A stretch of 64,000 nt of DNA from assembly GCA_900320245.1 (NCBI GenBank), contig ONRP01000008.1:25254-89253 (forward strand). Direction: 5' to 3'. The notes beneath the pieces were generated by a model. That model saw only the letters and a list, made by a program, of their open reading frames with translations. It was not told the DNA's origin and ran no database searches. A program made the position numbers and the translations under genes. Numbering within the stretch: position 1 is the first letter of the stretch; each line of letters opens with the position of its first letter. Shown piece after piece: positions 26,939 through 34,702 of the stretch. The DNA is from an uncultured Prevotellaceae bacterium (GTDB lineage Bacteria > Bacteroidota > Bacteroidia > Bacteroidales > Muribaculaceae).

Positions 26939-28285
26939 ATGATTAAATTCTGCGTACGATTAGTGCAACGTTGGTTGCCAGAACCGTTTATATTTGCCAT
27001 ACTGCTCACCTTCGTTGCCGCGTTGGTGGCGATGCCATTGTGTCACCAGACCCCGCTTGAGGTAGTTGAGCACTGGGGTGGCGGTGTATGGAATTTGTTG
27101 GCTTTTGCCATGCAGATGGCTCTGGTTCTTGTATGTGGATCAACCTTGGCCGCAGCACCGGTTGTCAAACGGGCCATCGACGCTATGGCTCGCTTGCCCA
27201 AGAGCGCCCCGGCGGCAATAGCTCTTGTGACTGTCGTGTCGGCATTGGCCTGCTGCCTCAACTGGGGCTTTGGCCTTATCGTGGGTGTCGTGTTCGCCAA
27301 GGCCATAGCACGTCAACGTTCGGATGTCGACTATCGGCTTCTCATCGCATCGGCTTACAGCGGCTTCGTGGTGTGGCATGCCGGCATCTCGGGCTCCATC
27401 CCTCTCACAATGGCCACCCCTGGCGAGTCACTCTCAATGGCTACCAATGGTGCACTGACCGACCCTGTGCCCCTGGCACAAACCATCTTTGACTGGCACA
27501 ATCTGCTGACTGTGCTGATGGTGATTATCGGCATCACCGTGGCTAACACCTTGATGCACCCCAAGCAAGGTATCCTCACCATCGACCCCGCGCTCCTGAA
27601 GGACGATGATCATATCAAGACCGAAGTTTCCTCCACGACCAAGACTCCGGCACAGCGGCTCGAGCATAGCAAAATACTCTCGTGGCTCGTGGCGCTGATG
27701 CTCATTGCCTATCTCGTGATCCATCTCGGCGTGCGCGGTGCCGGTTTAGACCTTGGCGGTGTCATCATGATCTTCCTCGCGCTGGGACTCTTGCTTCATT
27801 CCACACCCGTCGACTATGTGCGTGCCTTCGGGAAAGCGACCACAGGTGCTGCCGGCATCATTTTGCAGTTTCCTTTCTATGCCGGCATTATGGGCATCAT
27901 TACAGGTGTCGGCGTCAGCGGCATCAGCCTGGGAGGCGTCATGGCCGAAGCCTGCATCCAAATCAGCACTCCCATCACCTATCCGTTGCTCACCTTCCTT
28001 TGTGCCGCAGTGCTCAACATGTTTGTGCCCAGTGGCGGCGGTCATTGGGCTGTTCAGGCACCGATTATGTTCACCGCCGGAGCTAACCTCGGTGTGGACC
28101 CCGGCTTGACAGGCATGGCTATTGCATGGGGCGACGCATGGACCAATCTCATTCAACCATTCTGGGCGCTTCCGGCCTTGGCTATAGCTCGCCTTGACGC
28201 AAAGGATATCATGGGCTACTGTCTCATCGATCTTCTCGTTACCGGTGTCATTATCAGTGCCGGCCTGTTGATTTGGGCCATGTAG
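26939..28285 (+). CDS. atoE: short-chain fatty acid transporter (AtoE family)
   Basis: 448 aa polytopic membrane protein with an N-terminus RWLPEPFIFAILLT typical of the family. Confidence 0.75.
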   Translation: MIKFCVRLVQRWLPEPFIFAILLTFVAALVAMPLCHQTPLEVVEHWGGGVWNLLAFAMQMALVLVCGSTLAAAPVVKRAIDAMARLPKSAPAAIALVTVVSALACCLNWGFGLIVGVVFAKAIARQRSDVDYRLLIASAYSGFVVWHAGISGSIPLTMATPGESLSMATNGALTDPVPLAQTIFDWHNLLTVLMVIIGITVANTLMHPKQGILTIDPALLKDDDHIKTEVSSTTKTPAQRLEHSKILSWLVALMLIAYLVIHLGVRGAGLDLGGVIMIFLALGLLLHSTPVDYVRAFGKATTGAAGIILQFPFYAGIMGIITGVGVSGISLGGVMAEACIQISTPITYPLLTFLCAAVLNMFVPSGGGHWAVQAPIMFTAGANLGVDPGLTGMAIAWGDAWTNLIQPFWALPALAIARLDAKDIMGYCLIDLLVTGVIISAGLLIWAM

Positions 28286-28326
28286 AGGCTTTTGCCAGCA
28301 GGCTTGCTGTAAGCGGGAAAAATGCT

Positions 28327-28334
28327 TACCTTTG
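28327..28334 (+). promoter_or_regulatory. putative -7 box (TACCTTTG)
   Basis: Matches TAnnTTTG, 48 nt upstream of 28382. Confidence 0.45.
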
Positions 28335-28381
28335 TAATCACATTGAGATAGATAAGACATATTTTATCCACATTAATACAA

Positions 28382-28789
28382 ATGATTATGAAAAAATTGG
28401 CATTCTTATTGATTGCGTTAATCACAGTCTTGACTGTCAATGCACAGCAGAAAGGCTATGTGTGCACCGGTGATCATGTGAACATTCGCACTGGAGCAGG
28501 AGTCAAATACCCCGTCATGGATGAGGAACTTGGGCACAAGCGCCAGCTGTCAAAAGGCGACGTTGTGTTAGATTGTGGACAAAAGAAAAATGGCTTTTGC
28601 CTTGTCAATGGACCACAAGCATGGGGAGGTGACGAAAGAGACGGCTGGGTTTCTCAACAATATCTGCGTCCAGTCACGATATGCCCCACATGTGATGGAA
28701 CCAAACTAGAAAACATATCAAAAGAAGAGATTGACCTAGTGACTTGCAGCAAGTGCCAAGGCAAAGGCTATATAAAAACAGGGCATTAA
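28382..28789 (+). CDS. secreted SH3-like domain protein with a C-terminal CxxC..CxxC zinc-ribbon
   Basis: Signal peptide, an SH3b-like VNIRTGAGVKYPV segment, then CPTCDG...CSKCQGKG. Confidence 0.6.
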   Translation: MIMKKLAFLLIALITVLTVNAQQKGYVCTGDHVNIRTGAGVKYPVMDEELGHKRQLSKGDVVLDCGQKKNGFCLVNGPQAWGGDERDGWVSQQYLRPVTICPTCDGTKLENISKEEIDLVTCSKCQGKGYIKTGH

Positions 28790-28805
28790 AGTAATTGAAG
28801 AAAAA

Positions 28806-28836
28806 GAAAGCGAGGTCATTTAGCCTCGCTTTTTTT
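28806..28836 (+). terminator. intrinsic terminator
   Basis: Stem agcgagg / cctcgct followed by ttttttt. Confidence 0.7.
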
Positions 28837-28869
28837 GTGATTGCCAATAGTAAGGGCAAAGTTCAAAAT

Positions 28870-28945
28870 GCCGTATTGCATAATCTGCTTACGTTCGGCA
28901 ATGCATAAACGAGTTTAGCATTGCACTTTCTTAATCGCAGATTTC
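28870..28945. repeat. conserved hairpin element, copy 2 (76 nt)
   Basis: 64/76 identical to copy 3 by hand count. The stem is kept by two compensatory pair changes. Confidence 0.85.
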
Positions 28946-29012
28946 TTGGTCTCGACGCGGAATGCGGAGATCAACGAAGTCAATTGTTGGATGTCAATCA
29001 TAATCAAAATAG

Positions 29013-29094
29013 CTTTGCGATTTTACTTCGCAAAGCTACTTTGATTGGGCGGTCTTTGCGATTTTACTTCGCAAAGCTACTTTGATTGGGCGGT
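29013..29094. repeat. perfect tandem duplication of a 41-bp unit containing a hairpin
   Basis: The unit ctttgcgattttacttcgcaaagctactttgattgggcggt occurs twice. On the minus strand each unit carries TAGCTTTG. Confidence 0.95.
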
Positions 29095-29129
29095 GTGGTA
29101 AAAGACAAGGTTTTGATATGCTTGCTTCC

Positions 29130-29318
29130 TTATATCGGATCCAAAATTTTATCTAATAATGGTATTTGTAGAATACATATACCTATACACACAAAATACA
29201 TCAAATATAAAATCCACAGGGGTAGAATATAGACGCCTTTGCCTTTATACTTCCTATAGACACGTTGATGGTATTCTTTTTTATTGAAATAATGATCCAT
29301 TGCGAAGAATGGAATCAT
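29130..29318 (-). CDS. hypothetical small membrane protein (doubtful)
   Basis: 62-aa ORF with one hydrophobic segment in an AT-rich region. No recognisable family. Confidence 0.25.
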   Translation of the reverse strand: MIPFFAMDHYFNKKEYHQRVYRKYKGKGVYILPLWILYLMYFVCIGICILQIPLLDKILDPI

Positions 29319-29556
29319 TAGGATTATTAAGGATAGTATTGAAATCCATTTCGAGTCATCACCAAATAATCTGAGCCCATTTTTTGTTACGGGCTTTCTT
29401 TATTACCTTCTTTATCCTTACATCATAGCAATAATATAGATAATCTATCATTCGCAAAGAATCATTAAATTAACCAGTGTAAATATCACCGCAAAGATAA
29501 CCCATATTTCTCAAACCGAGCCGCTTTGCGTCCTGGAATTTGCACGCCGGGCAAAA

Positions 29557-29934
29557 TCACTCATGATGCCTGCGAAGTCCTTTCCGATGTTCTCCTATGA
29601 CAAAGGCAAACAAAGGTTCATTGACAATATTCTTCCATTTGTATTCCTTGATAAAGATTTCAGCGACATCGCAACTTCTTTTTACGAACACGCTATCCCG
29701 TTCATCTTCTTTCTTATCGCAATACCAATTATCATAGGAGGACTCTAAGCTAGATCCCAGTTTCAAATAAACATCTCCGCCTAAGATTGGAACGTATGAC
29801 TGTCTTAACACATCGACAAGCAAAATTGCTTGTTGATATGGAAAAGCGTAATTATCAATGCCAATTTCTTCCAAAGAGAAGTATTTGGAAATATTAGCCT
29901 CTGTGGCTATTTTGATGATAATATCTTTGTACAT
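29557..29934 (-). CDS. hypothetical protein resembling polymorphic-toxin immunity proteins (Imm40-like, tentative)
   Basis: 125 aa, cytoplasmic, with PILGGDVY and NWYC motifs recalled from small immunity families. It sits in an AT-rich islet. No search was possible. Confidence 0.45.
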   Translation of the reverse strand: MYKDIIIKIATEANISKYFSLEEIGIDNYAFPYQQAILLVDVLRQSYVPILGGDVYLKLGSSLESSYDNWYCDKKEDERDSVFVKRSCDVAEIFIKEYKWKNIVNEPLFAFVIGEHRKGLRRHHE

Positions 29935-30060
29935 CTTTTTTCAATCGGTGATAACGGCAAAATTACATAAAATGTCACAATGACAATTTTTTTCATTGAA
30001 AAAAAGCAGGCGGCGCTCACGCGTGGCCTGTCTTTATTACAATGATTATTGACCAAATTT

Positions 30061-30279
30061 CTATGATTTGCCGTAAACCCGTCCCAATCGCATCAAGATG
30101 CCGCAGAATTCCCTGCCAATGTTCTCTTCGTAGAACTCTTTGATGTTCATCACTGAGGCGTAATACTTGCGGGAGAACCAACGGCGACGCTGGCGTTTCT
30201 TGGCTCTGCCAAGATCGCCACTGTTGCCACGGGGCGTCTCGCGGCCCGTGCCGTAGTCCTGCCACAAGCCGTATTGCAT
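30061..30279 (-). CDS. hypothetical basic protein; its start MQYG is shared with a truncated copy at 28879
   Basis: 72 aa from the ATG at 30279. The first 12 nt, ATGCAATACGGC, are part of the conserved hairpin element. No family recognised. Confidence 0.3.
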   Translation of the reverse strand: MQYGLWQDYGTGRETPRGNSGDLGRAKKRQRRRWFSRKYYASVMNIKEFYEENIGREFCGILMRLGRVYGKS

Positions 30280-30343
30280 AATCTTCTCTCGTTCAGCAAT
30301 GTTCAAACAAGTTTGACATTGCACTCACTTAATCGCAGATTTC
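30268..30343. repeat. conserved hairpin element, copy 3 (76 nt)
   Basis: gcaatgttcaaac-aa-gtttgacattgc forms a 12-bp stem with one bulge, flanked by attgcataatct and cttaatcgcagatttc. Confidence 0.85.
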
Positions 30344-30496
30344 GAGGAAGGACTGGGACAATCCTACCTCGAACAAACGACTGTCGGCTCGCAGCGGCAA
30401 CGATTTAGACGATGCCAATCTGACTATTGTTTTTTTATCAATTCGTATAATTCGCGTAATTAGCATTAGCCCCGCAGGGAGAAAGCCAACGGTTGA

Positions 30497-30561
30497 CACA
30501 ACGAAAAAGCCAAACGGCTCATTACAAGTCATTTGGCTTTCCTTCTCGTGACCCCGGTGGG
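30497..30561. repeat. direct repeat X1: hairpin flank plus the last roughly 14 nt of a tRNA 3' end
   Basis: cacaacgaaaaagccaaacggctcattacaagtcatttggctttccttctcgtgaccccggtggg is repeated at 32804-32869. Confidence 0.85.
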
Positions 30562-30638
30562 CTCTGATTCATAACATAGCATGACAGTAATTGACACTTT
30601 AATCGCCTGATTCCCATGAATTTCTAATGCTGGCACTA

Positions 30639-30692
30639 TGTCATCGGGTGTCAACGGGTGTCATTAGGTGTCAATCTCGGTTGTCATTTTTG
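30639..30692. promoter_or_regulatory. phased direct repeats GGTGTCA (TGTCA at 30639, 30649, 30659, 30669, 30682) ending in the hairpin ggttgtcatttttgacaacc
   Basis: Read directly. Spacing is 10 bp for four copies. The block is flanked by the inverted repeat gattcccatgaat / attcatggggaatc. Confidence 0.6.
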
Positions 30693-30766
30693 ACAACCAA
30701 TTATTCATGGGGAATCGAACATTTCTTCACTCGATGATGTATGGTTGGTGGAGAGCAAGCGGAAGA

Positions 30767-30790
30767 AAAGCGACCCGAAAGTCGCTTTTT
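30767..30790 (-). terminator. bidirectional hairpin terminator downstream of the LRR gene
   Basis: aaaagcgac-ccgaaa-gtcgcttttt. Confidence 0.65.
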
Positions 30791-30814
30791 CCATTGATGC
30801 TTTATGCTATGCTG

Positions 30815-32404
30815 TTAATCGCTGAGAATGATGTCGATGATGGTATTGACATCGGCAATGTTGACCTCGCCGTCACCATTCACATCGCCCATAGCTGTAT
30901 AGTTTCCTGACAGGATTTGATCGATGACAGCATTGACATCAGCTATATTGACCTCAAAGTCTCCATTCACGTCACCACGCAGTTGGTCAGGCTGCAAGTC
31001 CTCCACAATCTGCCCGAAATAGGGATACCAGTACTTATTGGCACGATAAGCGTCGGCAGTTCCCTGCAGCACATGCAGCGTGCGATACGAATAGTCAAAA
31101 AAGTCAAATTCCATAAATAAGAAATCTCCAACCGGCACGCTTGAGGGGTTGATGATGTAACAATATATATTCGCTATCCAACAGTTGGTGAAAGCAGCGT
31201 AGCCGATGGATGTGACCGAATTGGGGATTATCACACTTGTCAGGCTACGGCAATCATAGAATGCCATGTTGCCAATGGAGTTAACAGAGTTGGGGATTGT
31301 CACGCTCGTTAGGCTGCGGCAGTCACAGAATGCCATCTTGCCGATGGATATGACCGAGTTGGGGATCGTCACGCTCGTCAAACCAGTACAGCTCCTGAAC
31401 GCCTCATTGCCGATGGATGTGACAGAATTGGGGATAGTCAGGCTCGTCAATCTGTTGCAGCCAATGAATGCATCTTCGCCAATAGTGGTGATAGTTCCTG
31501 GGATAACTGTATTTTTACAACCTGCAATCAACGTATTGCTTGCCGTTTCAATGAAGGCGTTGCAATCGTTGCGGGAATCGTAGGTTGTGTTTCTGTTAGA
31601 TACGACAAGACTTGTCAAACTCTCACAGTGGGCAAATATATTCCCCTCAACTGATTGAACGGACTTACCGATGGACACGCTCGACAAGCTATGGCAATAA
31701 GCAAACGCCCAACTGTCGATGGATGTGACCGAGTCTGGTATATTTACGCTCGTCAGACCGCTACATTCAGCGAACGCCCAACTGCCGATGGTAGTTACCG
31801 AGTTGGGGATGGTTATGTTCGTCAGACTATCGCAGTGATAGAATGCAAGGTCGCCGATGGATGTGACAGAGCCAGGGATGGTAACGTCCGTCAGGTTATA
31901 GCAGTAAGAAAACGCATTTTCGCCGATGGTTGTGACCGAGTTAGGGATAGTTACGCTCGTTAGACCGCTGCAGCCAGCGAACGTCCCCTCGCTGATGGTT
32001 GTTACCAAATCGGGAATGGTCATACTAGACAAACTGCTGCAATATGCGAACGCCAAACTGCCGATGATGGTTACCGAACTGGGGATGGTCAGGCTCTTTA
32101 GATTGCTGCAATTACGAAACGCCTGTTGACCAATGGCGGAAACCGAGTTAGGGATGTTCACGCTCGTCAAGCCATAGCCGTTTGCGAACGCAAAATCACC
32201 AATGGCTACGACAGAATAGGATTCACCATTGTAGACAATAGTTGCAGGGATGGTCACATCACCGGTATAGGGGTTACCATAAAAGGTGACGGTGGCTTCG
32301 TTGCCGTTGATGTTGTAGTAGATACTATCCACCTCGAAGTCGTAGGCTGAGGCAACGGTAGCAACGAATAGGAGCAGCAAGCTCAGTAAAAAATTGAGTT
32401 TCAT
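30815..32404 (-). CDS. BspA-like leucine-rich-repeat (LRR_5-type) surface protein with a C-terminal dockerin-like pair
   Basis: 529 aa with signal peptide and about 14 repeats of the type IPNSVTSIG..AF..C..LTSVTI. The C-terminus is GDVNGDFEVNIADVNAVIDQIL...GDVNGDGEVNIADVNTIIDIIL. Confidence 0.85.
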   Translation of the reverse strand: MKLNFLLSLLLLFVATVASAYDFEVDSIYYNINGNEATVTFYGNPYTGDVTIPATIVYNGESYSVVAIGDFAFANGYGLTSVNIPNSVSAIGQQAFRNCSNLKSLTIPSSVTIIGSLAFAYCSSLSSMTIPDLVTTISEGTFAGCSGLTSVTIPNSVTTIGENAFSYCYNLTDVTIPGSVTSIGDLAFYHCDSLTNITIPNSVTTIGSWAFAECSGLTSVNIPDSVTSIDSWAFAYCHSLSSVSIGKSVQSVEGNIFAHCESLTSLVVSNRNTTYDSRNDCNAFIETASNTLIAGCKNTVIPGTITTIGEDAFIGCNRLTSLTIPNSVTSIGNEAFRSCTGLTSVTIPNSVISIGKMAFCDCRSLTSVTIPNSVNSIGNMAFYDCRSLTSVIIPNSVTSIGYAAFTNCWIANIYCYIINPSSVPVGDFLFMEFDFFDYSYRTLHVLQGTADAYRANKYWYPYFGQIVEDLQPDQLRGDVNGDFEVNIADVNAVIDQILSGNYTAMGDVNGDGEVNIADVNTIIDIILSD

Positions 32405-32780
32405 ATCGGTATTGTTTTGAAATTATAATTCTTGACTGATGGCGATGAAGTGAGGGCAAAGTCACTTCCCACGGGGTAAAGATAGTCATTTCAGCAACAA
32501 TAATAAAAATTATTATGTAGGAAAATGTAAAGCATCCAAGTTTTTCAGAGAAAAATGGCCAATTCTTTTACACTTTGTGTGGTAAGATGGCCGTATGTGG
32601 CAACAGCAAGGATCTCAATAACTAAAAAACACACTATTTCACAGCAACAAAAATAAGGTCATCATATTTAAAAAAAGTAGTCTAGGCTGGCACCTCCTCG
32701 GTGTCAGCCTTGTTACTTCTTTTCCAGACTCGCTGTCTGTTTGACATGTGGATATCGTGTATTTGTTAAATGAATATAAA

Positions 32781-32869
32781 AATCTCGGTTGTCATTTTTG
32801 GTGCACAAACGAAAAAGCCAAACGGCTCATTACAAGTCATTTGGCTTTCCTTCTCGTGACCCCGGTGGG
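32781..32869. repeat. direct repeats Y2 (aatctcggttgtcatttttg) and X2, adjacent to each other
   Basis: Y matches 30673-30692 and X matches 30497-30561. Here the two are only 3 nt apart. Confidence 0.85.
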
Positions 32870-32903
32870 ACTCGAACCCACGACCCATTGATTAAGAGTC
32901 AAT
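32857..32903 (-). pseudogene. 3' fragment of tRNA-Lys(CUU): anticodon arm, variable loop, T arm and acceptor 3' strand; the 5' half is absent
   Basis: The minus strand reads attga-ctcttaa-tcaat-gggtc-gtggg-ttcgagt-cccac-cggggtc-a. No matching gaccccg 5' acceptor strand or D arm lies upstream. Confidence 0.7.
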
Positions 32904-33133
32904 TGGTCAACGTTTGTTCAATTGCGACTGCAAAGGTACTGCTTTTTTCTGAACCACCAACATTTTTTGCGATTTTTTTCAAAAAAAAGTGCAATTTTCT
33001 TTTTCGCACAAACCTTGAATATCACATAACACGCTGACATACACCGTTTAATCGAATAATAGCGCACTCCCCGCCAATAGGCAATTTCTTGCATAAAAAG
33101 CGAGGGGGATTTGGGCTATTGAAGTAAAAACAG

Positions 33134-33141
33134 TAACTTTG
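33134..33141 (+). promoter_or_regulatory. putative -7 box (TAACTTTG)
   Basis: Matches TAnnTTTG, 34 nt upstream of 33175. Confidence 0.5.
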
Positions 33142-33174
33142 TGAGGCGATAAGACTCTTAATCTACGATTCCCT

Positions 33175-34374
33175 ATGAACCAGAAATATGATTTTGACCG
33201 TGTGATTGACCGCCGAGGTACCGGCTGTGTGATGGTGGACCGCTGCAAGGAGATGTTCGGGCGCGACGATGTGCTGCCGCTGTGGGTCGCCGATATGGGC
33301 TTTGCCGCCTGCCTTGATATCACCCGGGCGCTGGCCGACCGCGTGACGGAACACCCCATCTATGGCTACAGCGTGCCGCTCGAGGACTACTGGCAGTCCA
33401 TCATCGACTGGCAACGCGAGCGCAACGGGCTGGAGTTCACCCAGGATGAGGCCTGCTTCATCGGCGGCATCGTCAACGGTTTCGGGTTGGCGCTGAACCA
33501 CTTCACACGTCCTGGCGGCAAGGTAGTCATCCAGGAACCCGTGTACCACCCCTTCAGAATGCTCATCACGGGCAACAACCGCATGGTGGTAAACAACGCC
33601 CTCAAGCGCACGCCCGACGGCTTCTACGAGATGGACCTCGAGGGACTGGAGCATATCTTCAAGACCGAGCGCCCGCAGATGATGGTGCTGTGCAACCCGC
33701 ACAACCCCATCGGCATCGCATGGCCTGCCGAAGTGCAGCGCCAGGTGGCGGCATTGGCGAGGAAATATGAGGTGGTGGTCTTCAGCGACGAGATCCATGG
33801 CGACCTCGTCCTCAAGGGCCAGCGCCACACGTCGTTTCTCACCGTGAGCGACGACGCCCGCGCCGTGGGCGTGGTGATGGGCGCACCAAGCAAGACGTTC
33901 AACATCGCTGGCATCGTGAGTTCGTGGTGCGTGATTAAGAACCCCGACCTGCGTAAGCCGTTCTTCCACCACCTGGAGGCCAACGAGCAGTGCTCGCCCA
34001 ACTTCCTGTCGATGACGGCGACACGCGCGGCCTACCGCCACGGTGGCGAGTGGCTCAGCCAGTGTCTGGACTACATCGAGGGCAACATTGACGCGGTGGT
34101 GGACTATTGTCGCGACCACATCCCTGGCATTACGGCCATCAAGCCGCAGGCGTCGTTCCTGGTGTGGCTCGACTGCACAGGGCTTGGCCTAAGCCATGAC
34201 GCGCTCATCGACCTGTTCGTCAACAAGGCGCGCCTGGGCTTGAACGACGGCGCGATGTTCGGCAAGTCAGGCAGCGGCTTCATGCGCCTCAACGTCGCTG
34301 TGCCCCGCAGCATCCTCATGCAGGCCATGCAGCAACTGGCCGCCGCCGTACAACAACTTAAACGACAACAATAA
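33175..34374 (+). CDS. PLP-dependent C-S lyase (MalY/PatB-type cystathionine beta-lyase family)
   Basis: 399 aa class I/II aminotransferase fold. The N-terminus YDFDRVIDRRGTG and the SKTFNIAG lysine motif are present. Confidence 0.8.
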   Translation: MNQKYDFDRVIDRRGTGCVMVDRCKEMFGRDDVLPLWVADMGFAACLDITRALADRVTEHPIYGYSVPLEDYWQSIIDWQRERNGLEFTQDEACFIGGIVNGFGLALNHFTRPGGKVVIQEPVYHPFRMLITGNNRMVVNNALKRTPDGFYEMDLEGLEHIFKTERPQMMVLCNPHNPIGIAWPAEVQRQVAALARKYEVVVFSDEIHGDLVLKGQRHTSFLTVSDDARAVGVVMGAPSKTFNIAGIVSSWCVIKNPDLRKPFFHHLEANEQCSPNFLSMTATRAAYRHGGEWLSQCLDYIEGNIDAVVDYCRDHIPGITAIKPQASFLVWLDCTGLGLSHDALIDLFVNKARLGLNDGAMFGKSGSGFMRLNVAVPRSILMQAMQQLAAAVQQLKRQQ

Positions 34375-34410
34375 ATACAACAAATATAAGGGCTGCGCGC
34401 TACTGAGGTT

Positions 34411-34657
34411 AAAGACAACTATTACAACTCAAACAACTCTTTGTATTTGTTTCAAACAACAAGAAATACAATAAGGACAAGGGCTCCGCACTCTTGAACA
34501 TTAAAGACAACTATTACAACTCAAACAACTCTTTGTATTTGTTTTAAACAACAAGAAATACAATAAGGACAAGGGCTCGGCGCTCTTGAACATAAAGACA
34601 ACTTGGACAACGAACACAACTTTAAAAAGAGTTGTAACAGTTGTCCAAGTTGTCTTT
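34411..34657. repeat. 91/92-bp tandem repeat (about 2.2 units) ending in an 18-bp-stem hairpin
   Basis: Units start at 34411, 34503 and 34594. The hairpin is aaagacaacttggacaac / gttgtccaagttgtcttt (34594-34657), between convergent genes. Confidence 0.9.
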
Positions 34658-34702
34658 AATTATTCGCTAAGAGCCGTATAGCCTTGTATCAGTTGTTTTG
34701 TT

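Noticed and set aside
30668-30910. An 80-aa plus-strand ORF overlapping the TGTCA repeats and the 3' end of the LRR gene.
   Set aside because: It spans a terminator hairpin and runs antisense into the dockerin-coding region. It has no promoter box or family resemblance.
32857-32935. An intact tRNA-Lys gene.
   Set aside because: Only the anticodon arm, T arm and 3' acceptor strand can be folded. The upstream sequence (gcagtcgcaattgaacaaacgttgacca) has no complementary 5' acceptor strand or D arm. It is called a fragment.
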